Shown here piece after piece: positions 46,908-56,103 of a DNA stretch of 64,000 bases (positions within the stretch are counted from its first letter, which is position 1; each line of letters opens with the position of its first letter). The DNA is from an uncultured Anaerolineales bacterium (lineage in GTDB: Bacteria > Chloroflexota > Anaerolineae > Anaerolineales > UBA4823), in NCBI GenBank assembly GCA_937928795.1, contig CALFWB010000003.1:56971-120970 (forward strand). Direction: 5' to 3'. The position numbers were made by a program, and so were the translations under genes. The notes under the pieces are model-generated. The model ran no database searches. It was not told where the DNA came from and saw only the letters and a program-made list of their open reading frames with translations.

Positions 46908-48392
46908 TTATGAATTTAGAATTGCCTCCGCAGGTTTCTTCTCGGTAGCAACTTCCTGCGGGGCAAGCCCAGCCTCGGTTACAATCCGTGGCACAATCTC
47001 TTCCCATCCAACAGCCATCAAGTGAATGCCATGGATTCCTTGCAGTTTCCGTACAGCCTCGATGAGTTCCAAAGCAATCTGCACACCCTCTTCTGCAGCG
47101 CCATCCCCTGCTTTTTCCATCCGCTTCATCAATCTTTCTGGAATAAATACGCCGGGCACTTCATTGTTCATGTAAAGAGCAACTTTGTAGCTCTTTAATG
47201 GGGTAATTCCGACCAAAATATACACTTTGTCTAGGATATTACGCTTTGCTAATTCATTCAGCCAAACCTCCAAACCTTCTGGATCATACACCAAATTTGT
47301 TTGGAAAAATTGGGCACCTGCATTAACCTTCTTATGTTCACGAATTGCTTGGAAGCGTGGTTCTGAGGCGTAAGGAGAAGCAGCCGCGCCAATGAAAATC
47401 TTGGGTGGGAACTTAATCGCGCGCCCGTCTAGATATTTGCCTTCGTCCCGCATGCGGCGCAAGATCCAAATCATCTGAATCGAGTCAATATCCACGACAT
47501 CCATACGACCGCGCGGGTCAGGTGACATGCGCATACTGTCACCAGAAAGGCAAAGGATATTGCGTACTCCTAACGCATTCGCTCCTAGCACCTCAGCTTG
47601 CAAGCCGACTCGCGTCCGATCACGGGCAGCAATTTGCATCACAGGTTCGGCGCCAGCTTGCACCGCCATCACACTACACGCCCAACTAGACATGCGCGGA
47701 GTCGCCGAAGGAGAGTCGGTAAAATTGATTGCCGCAACATAAGGTTTGATCAGCTCAATATTGCTGAGCAGTTTATTTGTGGACACCGTCATTGGAGGAG
47801 CGACCTCTGACGTAACCACAAACTCCCCTGCTTTCAGTCGACGCTCCAACTCAGAAACGGGTTCGGTGTACATGGGTGGATGATACTCAGCATCTCCCTG
47901 CCACCAATCAGGTTGACGAACAGGCCGAAAGATCGAATCCCAGGTTATGGCTCTTTTCGCCGGGTCTTTTGAAAGCAAACCGCTCACGACATTCTTAGTG
48001 CCCACCTTGCGGACTTGCCGCACGACATCCCCCCAAGTTTCAGTACCGACCTTATTCCAATCCAAAGGCGGTAAGACCTCCAAAAGGTATTCCTCGCGCC
48101 CCATCTTAAAGGCGCGGTCATAGATCTTGTACCATATACAAGGCCTGGTTTCATCTACGTAACAATGTTCCTCGGTCGAGCCGCCACACGGTCCATTTCG
48201 GATACCTTTGGGGCATTCCATCGGACATATAAAAGCGGTTTCCTGCAAAAGGCAGTTTCCACACATACGGCATCCGAATAAAGGCCCCTTGACCATTTTT
48301 TCAACACTCGCTAACAAGCGGGCTCCCAATGGCTCCTTCTTGAAAGGATAAAAAGGCGGTTGCCACCTTCTGCCGGGTGTAAAAATTGGCAT
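46908..48392 (-). CDS. Fused MetV-MetF: Cys-rich MTHFR_C-type (MetV-like) domain plus methylenetetrahydrofolate reductase domain
   Basis: 494 aa. N-terminal CRMCGNCLLQETAFICPMECPKGIRNGPCGG. The C-terminal ~290 aa is a MetF TIM barrel. SD AGGAGG. Confidence 0.8.
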   Translation of the reverse strand: MPIFTPGRRWQPPFYPFKKEPLGARLLASVEKMVKGPLFGCRMCGNCLLQETAFICPMECPKGIRNGPCGGSTEEHCYVDETRPCIWYKIYDRAFKMGREEYLLEVLPPLDWNKVGTETWGDVVRQVRKVGTKNVVSGLLSKDPAKRAITWDSIFRPVRQPDWWQGDAEYHPPMYTEPVSELERRLKAGEFVVTSEVAPPMTVSTNKLLSNIELIKPYVAAINFTDSPSATPRMSSWACSVMAVQAGAEPVMQIAARDRTRVGLQAEVLGANALGVRNILCLSGDSMRMSPDPRGRMDVVDIDSIQMIWILRRMRDEGKYLDGRAIKFPPKIFIGAAASPYASEPRFQAIREHKKVNAGAQFFQTNLVYDPEGLEVWLNELAKRNILDKVYILVGITPLKSYKVALYMNNEVPGVFIPERLMKRMEKAGDGAAEEGVQIALELIEAVRKLQGIHGIHLMAVGWEEIVPRIVTEAGLAPQEVATEKKPAEAILNS

Positions 48393-48434
48393 ACAAAACC
48401 TCCTAGACTATCGTACAAACAGAACTTTAAGCCT

Positions 48435-49358
48435 TCATTGATTCAGATAGCCATCTGCATAAATAACTTTATTCAACAAGATTTGGATAGTTTTCCAAAC
48501 CGCCACTTGCTCGGGATCGTCAAAGTCAATGTCATCTATTGTGATCTCTTCCATGTCTCTTATTTTATCAGCAATTCGCAGATATAAACGACTAAGTGGG
48601 GTTGATTCGTCTCTTTCTTCGATAACGCGAATCGTTTCTTTCAACTTTTCGTCCAGCGGATCCGCGATCATCATCTGCAGACCAACCCCCATCAACATGG
48701 CACAATAAACCCGATTGATGAGCGGTCGATTCTCCTTCGGGACAGCATTCGAGACATTGGATAGACCAACTGAAATTGTCGGTGGCGGATCCCAAGCATA
48801 TTGCAACGTGCGGATCGCTTCGATCAACTCTGGGCAATATTCCTGACATCCGGAAACAGTAAGTACAAGAGGGTCAATGATCAGATCTTCAATCGGTAAT
48901 CCAACCTCCATTGCCCTTGGAATCAGATACTCAATGGCAATATTAACCCGTTCATCCGCAGCAACCGGGATACCGCTCTTTCCCATTGTCAATGCGATGA
49001 GCTTCGTATTATATTTTTTTGCAACAAGAGGCACTTTTTCAAGCCGTTCCGGTTCTGCTGATGTCGAATTAATAATCGGTTGCGCTTTGGTTACTTTTTT
49101 GAGACCTGCCTCAATCCCCGCCAAATTGGTCGTATCAAAACTGAGGGGCACATCAACCACTGCCTCGACAGTTTCGACAATCCATGGAAAGACCTCTTCA
49201 CCATCCGCTTTCCTCGGTCCAAGATTCAAGTCTAAGGCTTTGGCGCCGGCCTCAACTTGCTTGACAGCCAACTCTTGAAAAAACTTGGCGTTTCTCTCTT
49301 TGAGCGCTTCTTTGACTCTTTCTGAAATAATATGAATGTTTTCTCCTATGATAAACAT
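48435..49358 (-). CDS. acsE: Methyltetrahydrofolate:corrinoid/iron-sulfur protein methyltransferase
   Basis: 307 aa. Pterin-binding (DHPS-like) barrel with N-terminus FIIGENIH. Context within the acs operon. Confidence 0.85.
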   Translation of the reverse strand: MFIIGENIHIISERVKEALKERNAKFFQELAVKQVEAGAKALDLNLGPRKADGEEVFPWIVETVEAVVDVPLSFDTTNLAGIEAGLKKVTKAQPIINSTSAEPERLEKVPLVAKKYNTKLIALTMGKSGIPVAADERVNIAIEYLIPRAMEVGLPIEDLIIDPLVLTVSGCQEYCPELIEAIRTLQYAWDPPPTISVGLSNVSNAVPKENRPLINRVYCAMLMGVGLQMMIADPLDEKLKETIRVIEERDESTPLSRLYLRIADKIRDMEEITIDDIDFDDPEQVAVWKTIQILLNKVIYADGYLNQ

Positions 49359-49383
49359 CAGGAAACCCTCCCTTCAAATGAAA

Positions 49384-51336
49384 TTAGGTTTGAACAGATA
49401 GTTTATTTGCCGTTTGAAATGCTCCCAACACCGATGGGAAGCGGCTCATGTCTGTATGAGGTAAAAACATTGCAGACATAAAAGCTTCGTAAAAGGTATT
49501 ATCTGCCGACAGTTCAATGTAAGTCATCTTGCTGGCAATTTCACGGATGCGTTCCCGATTCTCCTGGCTTAATAGAGCAAAATAGGCTCCTTTCACGGCT
49601 GTATTGCCCAAGAAATTGAACTTCTCCCAGGGCAAATCAGGCAACAAGCCGATTTGGATTGATTTTTCAATATTTAAGTATTTTCCAAAAGAGCCACCAA
49701 TCAATACCTGTTCGGTTTCTTCTAACGGTACTCCAACGCTTTGTGCAAGGACAAGAAAGCCTGCATAAATTGCAGCCTTCGCTCGGAGTAGATTGTCAAT
49801 ATCAACGCGGGTGATGACAATATCCTTGCCATGTTGAGTCTCTTCTCCCCAGGCAACCACATACTCCATACCGTGCTCTCCCTCACGGATGCGCGAAGTT
49901 GAGAGTTGGGTATTCAGATTGCCTGCTTTATCGATCACGCCCGTCATAAACATCTCAGCCAATAACGAAATCAAACCACTGCCGCAGATGCCGCGCGGTT
50001 TTCCCCCCCCAATCACACGATAACTCGGCTCGTATGTCTCAGAGTGAATCCATACCTCTTCGATTGCCCCGCTCGTCGCTCGCATTCCATCGCGAACGCC
50101 CGCTCCTTCAAACGCAGGACCTGCAGAACAAGCACAGGTGACCAGCCATTCCTTTGAACCCAAAACCATCTCTCCGTTGGTGCCAACGTCTAAGAAGAGG
50201 GTCAATTTTTGCGTATCATCCAGCCCGGCCGATAACACTCCCGCAGTAATATCGGCGCCGACATAGCTCGCCACGCCGGGCAAACAGTCTACGATCGCAT
50301 GAGGGTTCGCCGACAAACCAATCTCTCGAGCACGCAGGAAAGGAGCTTGATTGAAGGTCGGGATGAAAGGCGCCAGACGAATGTAGCTTGGTGGAATGCC
50401 CAGAAAGAGGTGCATCATGGTCGTGTTTCCAGCGACGGTCAACTTAAGGATATCCTCAGGCTGAACGGGGTAATGCTTCACTCTTTTGCAAGCCAATTCA
50501 ATGAGCTGATTAATGGTACCGACAACGAGTTGCTGTAATTCTTGCAAGCCACCTTCTTTATCCGCGTAGATAATCCGCGAGATGACATCCTCCCCGCGAC
50601 GAATCTGAGCATTGTACTCCGAAACTTGGGCATGCACGACCCCAGTCCACAAGTCTACTAACCAGAGTGTAACCGTGGTCGTTCCGATGTCAATTGCCGC
50701 TCCCCACATTGGGCTATCGCTTTCGCAGTGAAACGGAAGGACATCCACCATGCAAACATGAGGCTCACTTTCGTTGCTACCGTTTACATTTAGGTAAACG
50801 GTGACTTGCCAATTCCCTTCTCTCAATGCCGAGCCAATTTTCCTAACCAGTGAGAGGGGGATTTCAACATCCTTAAATCCCAGTTCAACGCGCAATTGTT
50901 TTTGTAAGCGACTCAGATCATCGGTCTGATCCTCATAATTCGGCTCTGCAAAGGACAAAAAATATCGTTTGAGAGACTGATGATACTCTGGTGAGTAACC
51001 AAGCGGCGGTTCAACTTCAACAGCCGTTCGGTCAGTGACCAGTCTACGTTCAATTTTCTCCTGCTCGGGCACAATAACAGAGATATCCCCCTCAATGATA
51101 GACTGACACGCCAAACAATAACCAAGGCTGATGTCTTCTGCAGAAAGGCGTAAAGCGCTGCGTTGCCGCACTTTTCCATCGATGACCTGAACAACGCAGC
51201 GTCCACAGCGCCCCTGTCCACCGCATGGCTGATTGATCTCAATCCCGGCCAGTCGGGCTGCCTCGGTGATCAGCGTGCCGCTTTTAACAACAACGGGCTC
51301 GGCTTGATGATTGAAGGTTACTTTGTGCTCAGCCAT
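49384..51336 (-). CDS. RACo-type reductive activator of corrinoid protein (2Fe-2S ferredoxin domain + ASKHA ATPase)
   Basis: N-terminal plant-type ferredoxin motif CGGQGRCGRCVV, with a large ASKHA-like domain downstream. ATG 51336 preferred over GTG 51354. Confidence 0.8.
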   Translation of the reverse strand: MAEHKVTFNHQAEPVVVKSGTLITEAARLAGIEINQPCGGQGRCGRCVVQVIDGKVRQRSALRLSAEDISLGYCLACQSIIEGDISVIVPEQEKIERRLVTDRTAVEVEPPLGYSPEYHQSLKRYFLSFAEPNYEDQTDDLSRLQKQLRVELGFKDVEIPLSLVRKIGSALREGNWQVTVYLNVNGSNESEPHVCMVDVLPFHCESDSPMWGAAIDIGTTTVTLWLVDLWTGVVHAQVSEYNAQIRRGEDVISRIIYADKEGGLQELQQLVVGTINQLIELACKRVKHYPVQPEDILKLTVAGNTTMMHLFLGIPPSYIRLAPFIPTFNQAPFLRAREIGLSANPHAIVDCLPGVASYVGADITAGVLSAGLDDTQKLTLFLDVGTNGEMVLGSKEWLVTCACSAGPAFEGAGVRDGMRATSGAIEEVWIHSETYEPSYRVIGGGKPRGICGSGLISLLAEMFMTGVIDKAGNLNTQLSTSRIREGEHGMEYVVAWGEETQHGKDIVITRVDIDNLLRAKAAIYAGFLVLAQSVGVPLEETEQVLIGGSFGKYLNIEKSIQIGLLPDLPWEKFNFLGNTAVKGAYFALLSQENRERIREIASKMTYIELSADNTFYEAFMSAMFLPHTDMSRFPSVLGAFQTANKLSVQT

Positions 51337-51366
51337 AGAAACGAAAACAATCACAAAAATCTTTGG

Positions 51367-52695
51367 CTAATTGACCTGCAAAACCTGTTTGTAAAATTTT
51401 GGAATATCAACCGCTTCACGCGGCCCCACCCGAATCTCCCATCCGGGTAACTCAGCCTCAACCTCGCCCGAAAGCACAGCGACGGCGCCGGGTAACACGA
51501 GCCGTTTCCTGCTCATTCTTGTGTCGAGATTTGCCGCTTTTACCGCCTTTGCAATGCGCTCTGCATCAAACTTGCCGGCCGCCCAGGCCGTTAAGACGCT
51601 CATCCCCTCCGCATCGGCAACCAGCAAATAAGCAGGCAATCCGGATCCCTCAACCTCATTGGCAACACTAAAGTATGTGATGCTGAAATTGGTTGTAACC
51701 AACACCGGGTCAGTTGGTTGAGGATTATTGATCTCGTACAACCCTGGTTGAACTTGGATGGGTTTTTGTGGGTCAGTGTAGATATTTTGACGTAAGACCA
51801 GAAGAGGATACACCAATTCCTCAGCGAATTGATCGATCACCAGAAAACCCGCATATTTGGCAATCGCCTGAGCAATTTGGGCATGAGTTTGACAAAAAGC
51901 CAAAGTCGGATAACCCAACGATCGAAAGTTCGCCTTCAAGGCAAGACGGCGAATCTGGGACTGAAGGATTAGTTCGTGACCCAGGTTTTTCCCTTTCGGT
52001 ACAAGAACCAAGTCTTCAACTCCCTTCGCCTTTGCTTTTTCCGATAATTCAGCCAATCCATCCAGTGTGTCAGCAATGACAGCCAGCGCCGCCTTGGATT
52101 GCTTGGCAAGTTCAGCGAATTTCTCCCAATTCTCAGAGTCGGCACATCCAATCAGCGGAGTTTCTCCGCTCAATTGAGATAAACCAGCCTCGATGCTTGC
52201 AACGTTGTCGGAAAAGAGCATCACAGGTTTTTTGCTCACCGAACGGATGACACTCAAGGTCTTCTGCATTTTATCAGCATTGCGCGCATCATCCTCAACG
52301 GCGATGCCATCCACTTCCAGATCAATTCCAACATAGTTCACGCGATAATCGTTAATCCGCCCTGCCAATTCCTTGACATCCGCTTCGGCTGCGGAAGTTT
52401 TGATTTTAGCAAAAACGCCTGGTTTATTATAGAAGGTCTTCTCATGGCGGAACATGACCACTTCGTTGCCGGCCTTTATTTCATAGCCATCTGACTTGAG
52501 CGTGATCAAGCGGATGGGTGGTGCTGATGATTCTTGCAATTGGGCTTTTGACTCTTCCGAGACATAGGGACAAGCCGAAAGCTCCACTTGTTTAGCTGCT
52601 AACTTCATAGCAAAAGCCAAGCAGGTTGGAAAACCGCATTCTTTGCAATTGGTCTGCGGTAATAATTTATAGATTTGGATTCCAGATAAAGCCAT
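51367..52695 (-). CDS. acsC: Corrinoid iron-sulfur protein large subunit
   Basis: 442 aa. N-terminal [4Fe-4S] motif CKECGFPTCLAFAMKLA, a TIM-barrel and a Rossmann-type corrinoid-binding C-terminus. Confidence 0.9.
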   Translation of the reverse strand: MALSGIQIYKLLPQTNCKECGFPTCLAFAMKLAAKQVELSACPYVSEESKAQLQESSAPPIRLITLKSDGYEIKAGNEVVMFRHEKTFYNKPGVFAKIKTSAAEADVKELAGRINDYRVNYVGIDLEVDGIAVEDDARNADKMQKTLSVIRSVSKKPVMLFSDNVASIEAGLSQLSGETPLIGCADSENWEKFAELAKQSKAALAVIADTLDGLAELSEKAKAKGVEDLVLVPKGKNLGHELILQSQIRRLALKANFRSLGYPTLAFCQTHAQIAQAIAKYAGFLVIDQFAEELVYPLLVLRQNIYTDPQKPIQVQPGLYEINNPQPTDPVLVTTNFSITYFSVANEVEGSGLPAYLLVADAEGMSVLTAWAAGKFDAERIAKAVKAANLDTRMSRKRLVLPGAVAVLSGEVEAELPGWEIRVGPREAVDIPKFYKQVLQVN

Positions 52696-52722
52696 AGGTT
52701 CCCTCCATTTTCTCGGAGCAAA

Positions 52723-53700
52723 TCAAGAGACAAAAGCTTTCGCTGCCATCAGTTCATCAATGGCAGCCTTGACGCGCCTGACACTCTCAGGATGTCTCAG
52801 AACAACAATGTCCGCTCCCGACTCTACAAGCGTCATTGCCGTTAAGGTTTCCCAATTAATCGCTCGATTTAGCCAATCTCCCCAAGCCTTCGGTACCCCC
52901 TCGCCCACTTTCGACTCTTTTGCCTTCCAAGCTTCAAAACCAGGCGTTACAATCATCGGAAGTTGGGTCATCTTGTCGCCTTGCAGAGCAGCCAGACGCA
53001 GGCGCTCCATGACCGAAAATCCATATTCAATTCCATAGCCCAAGGCGCCTGTGGTCGGATCCATCAGGATTCGGTCGAGAGGCAACCCCATATCACTGAT
53101 CAGGATGTTCAATTGTTTAGCCAAATTAACATCCATTGGCGTCCTTGCGGTAACTAGATGACCGTTTGCCATGGCGGTAGCGACGATCGTACGATAGTTT
53201 TTGTCTTCGCAAATTCCCAAAGCCAAACGCTCCCCCTTGGTTGCTTCCGAAACCGCAACGAGCAAAGCATTATCAGCCTCAGCTTGTCCCGGCCCGAACA
53301 CGATTAACGGCACTCCCGTGGCGGCCAAAACTGCTTTCACGCTGGCAACGGCTTCTTCAGGAGTGGTCGGATTTCCGTCACGATTTGTCAAACTCAAGGC
53401 AAGGACGATGAGGTCAGCTCCCGCTTCTTCTGCTGCTGCCGCCCACTGTGCAGGATCGTCAATAACATCCCGCCAAGTTTCGAGCAGCAACGGCGACCAA
53501 TCATCTGGTTTGCGGTCTTTAATTTCAATTGCGACCACCGGCGGATAAGGAATTTCGCCCTCGAAGTGCATAAAAGGCATTGCAGTTTCCCCACCCACGG
53601 TCACAACCCGTTTGCGCGTCCCTCCCTCGGCCGGCAACGCGCCTAACGTGATTGTGCGCACAGATCCTGGCCATTTTTCTTTTGGAACCTCAACAGGCAT
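52723..53700 (-). CDS. acsD: Corrinoid iron-sulfur protein small subunit
   Basis: TIM-barrel CFeSP delta-type sequence. Start set at ATG 53700 (AAGGAG upstream) rather than the track start at 53721. Confidence 0.85.
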   Translation of the reverse strand: MPVEVPKEKWPGSVRTITLGALPAEGGTRKRVVTVGGETAMPFMHFEGEIPYPPVVAIEIKDRKPDDWSPLLLETWRDVIDDPAQWAAAAEEAGADLIVLALSLTNRDGNPTTPEEAVASVKAVLAATGVPLIVFGPGQAEADNALLVAVSEATKGERLALGICEDKNYRTIVATAMANGHLVTARTPMDVNLAKQLNILISDMGLPLDRILMDPTTGALGYGIEYGFSVMERLRLAALQGDKMTQLPMIVTPGFEAWKAKESKVGEGVPKAWGDWLNRAINWETLTAMTLVESGADIVVLRHPESVRRVKAAIDELMAAKAFVS

Positions 53701-53756
53701 ATTCTTTACTCCTTCGGTCAAGACGTAGTTATGCGCTCAACAGAAGCGCAAGAAAA

Positions 53757-53799
53757 AAGGGAAGGCAGGCAAAAAACAATATACCTGTGACCTTCCCTT
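53757..53799 (-). promoter_or_regulatory. Intra-operon hairpin with T-run between acsB and acsD
   Basis: On the minus strand: AAGGGAAGG, a 25-nt loop, CCTTCCCTT, then TTTTCT. A second small hairpin (TGCGC...GCGCA) follows. Confidence 0.4.
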
Positions 53800-53809
53800 A
53801 TATAGTACC

Positions 53810-56092
53810 CTAAAACATCGGCTCCATGCTCAAGACCGGATGCTGATGTTCCTCAAGCCAAACCAACAGCTCATCCACCGTTGTTACATGGCGCTCATCT
53901 GCAATTTTATCAATCAGGTCTGGATCGCCCTCTCGCTCGGCTACCTTTTTCAATTCTTCAGCCATCATCTCTTTGAGAATGCTGCTCATCCAGACCACCC
54001 GTTTGAAGCCACCATCGGCTGAAATAAATTTGGGACTCAGCAAGAAATATTTTCCAACCCCCATCACTCCCGGCGTCTGCAGCCCTCCTCCAGCGATGCC
54101 TGCCAAAGTGCTGAAGGTCATCCCAGCCGGGGTCATGCTTGGGTCTTCTCGGCTCACAACCATCACGCCATTGGCTTCCGGAATCAGCATGACGATACAC
54201 TCAAAACATCCGCAAGCTGTCATGGGGTTTTCCATGATCGAATACATAGAAACTTCCTGAACCACACCATGCGATCCGATCTTGGCATATTCGTTTGTTC
54301 CAGTCCAATATCCCTTCACTGGATCAATCACTTTCCCAAGCTTAATCGGCTGGTTCGGACCCGTTGGATTGATGTTATAGGAGGCTTTGCAATCCAACCA
54401 GTTGTAGGCCCCACACAGTCCTAGCCGTTCTGGGCTGATCACACACACATGATTCGGAGCAAAGGACTGACACAACGTACAGGAGTAAAATTCTTCGACT
54501 TTTTCATCAGTCAAGTCGGCAAGTCGCCGATTCCGATAATCATACGCCGCCCGTGCCTTTGCCAACCACTGTTGAAGCAATTCCGGCTCTGTGATGATCG
54601 TCACCTGCACCTTGTCAACGATGGCACCGAAATCGGAATGATAGCGAGCATGTAAGATTTTGCCAAAATGTTCTAGCTTGAATCCCTTTTCAGCCGCGTT
54701 GTTAGAGATACGAATCCAGGCAATATCGCGTTGACCGATATGTTGGATACCTGAAGCACCGTTGATGAAGTAGTGGATTTGGCGTTCCAATACTGGCTCA
54801 AAATCTTCCTGCATCTGCCGACCGGCGACTTTGACGATAATGCCCATGTCCATATGCCCTTGCGGCTCAATATGATCAAAGGTTGGCCCGATGACCTCTA
54901 CTTTTCCATCGACCACTTCATCGTTAGGCGCCATGTAGAGATACTCAAAACAGCGCGAGTGTTTCCCACCAAACTCAACCCGCATGTCATTCTTGCGGAC
55001 AACCTCACCCTCAAAGGCTGAACCGTAAGGCACAGGCACAGGCACTTCAGCGACTTTAACCTTAACCCCCCGTACTTCAATACATTTCTGCACCAACCGC
55101 TCAGCTCTCTCTAAGTCATCTGCTCCTTCAATCTCATTGAAAGGCATACTGACCACATGTTCGTATTTTGTGACGCCCGTAGGCAGGATTTCTGGAATGA
55201 CGGTATCGGCAATGACCGGGAAGCCAAAATTAATCGCCCCGGCTGCAGCAGCATACTTGAGATCGTCCACTTCCCCCAAAGCCAAAACAAAGGCAAAAAC
55301 TCGCTCTCGGTTGTATAAGAGGATTTCTCTAGCTTGACCCGCCTTCAATCCACCAAAGGTCAAAGCCGAGCGCGTCGCAAAGCCTAAGGCATAGATAGCG
55401 CTGATCGTATCCGTGCCAAAGGGTACAGTATAAGTATCATAACCCAACTCTACCCCTTCCTCGATCAGTTGATGGATGATGCTCCGCCCATTTACATTGC
55501 CGGATAGGAAGCAGAGGATGTTCCGCTTTTGGAGTTCCCGAACAATCTTGACCGCAACCTCGTTGGACTTGGCTGCGCCAACAATCGCTGCAAAGCCGGG
55601 CATGCGTCCATCCACCAATTGAATCCCCCAGGATCGCAGTTGAATGTCATCGATCGGACCATTGAGATGTCCAACTCGTCCATTATTGGGAGAGTCTAAT
55701 TCAGGATAAGCTGTTCCCCCAGCTAGGGTAAAGCCGGGCATTCGTTCAGGTTGCAAGCCATAGACAAAACGAATCGCCTCAATCGTTTCAGCAGCCAATA
55801 AAGTTGCCATCCCGCTGTCGAGTGTTTCTCCAAGATAGGGAGTCCACATTTTTTCGGACGGGACTGGATGCAACAGCCGTTTGGCGTGTTCAATGACCGG
55901 CACCAAATCCTCAAGTTTTTCCACCGCCACTCCGGTCATACCGTAAATCAGTGGCAAGTAATAAGCCGTGTTCGGAAAGGCAACTTTCTGAGCCCCACCT
56001 TTTTCGGCTAATGCTCGCTTGAGCATCAACTCCGCTTCACGAACCAGTGCATTCGCACCGCGGATTGCGCGTGTGGCAATATACCTAGACAT
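53810..56092 (-). CDS. acsB: Acetyl-CoA synthase (CO-methylating), A-cluster subunit
   Basis: 760 aa. A-cluster Cys motifs (CTLCQSFAPNHVC..., CGCFEC). SD AGGAGG. Confidence 0.95.
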   Translation of the reverse strand: MSRYIATRAIRGANALVREAELMLKRALAEKGGAQKVAFPNTAYYLPLIYGMTGVAVEKLEDLVPVIEHAKRLLHPVPSEKMWTPYLGETLDSGMATLLAAETIEAIRFVYGLQPERMPGFTLAGGTAYPELDSPNNGRVGHLNGPIDDIQLRSWGIQLVDGRMPGFAAIVGAAKSNEVAVKIVRELQKRNILCFLSGNVNGRSIIHQLIEEGVELGYDTYTVPFGTDTISAIYALGFATRSALTFGGLKAGQAREILLYNRERVFAFVLALGEVDDLKYAAAAGAINFGFPVIADTVIPEILPTGVTKYEHVVSMPFNEIEGADDLERAERLVQKCIEVRGVKVKVAEVPVPVPYGSAFEGEVVRKNDMRVEFGGKHSRCFEYLYMAPNDEVVDGKVEVIGPTFDHIEPQGHMDMGIIVKVAGRQMQEDFEPVLERQIHYFINGASGIQHIGQRDIAWIRISNNAAEKGFKLEHFGKILHARYHSDFGAIVDKVQVTIITEPELLQQWLAKARAAYDYRNRRLADLTDEKVEEFYSCTLCQSFAPNHVCVISPERLGLCGAYNWLDCKASYNINPTGPNQPIKLGKVIDPVKGYWTGTNEYAKIGSHGVVQEVSMYSIMENPMTACGCFECIVMLIPEANGVMVVSREDPSMTPAGMTFSTLAGIAGGGLQTPGVMGVGKYFLLSPKFISADGGFKRVVWMSSILKEMMAEELKKVAEREGDPDLIDKIADERHVTTVDELLVWLEEHQHPVLSMEPMF

Positions 56093-56103
56093 AGATGGAC
56101 CTC

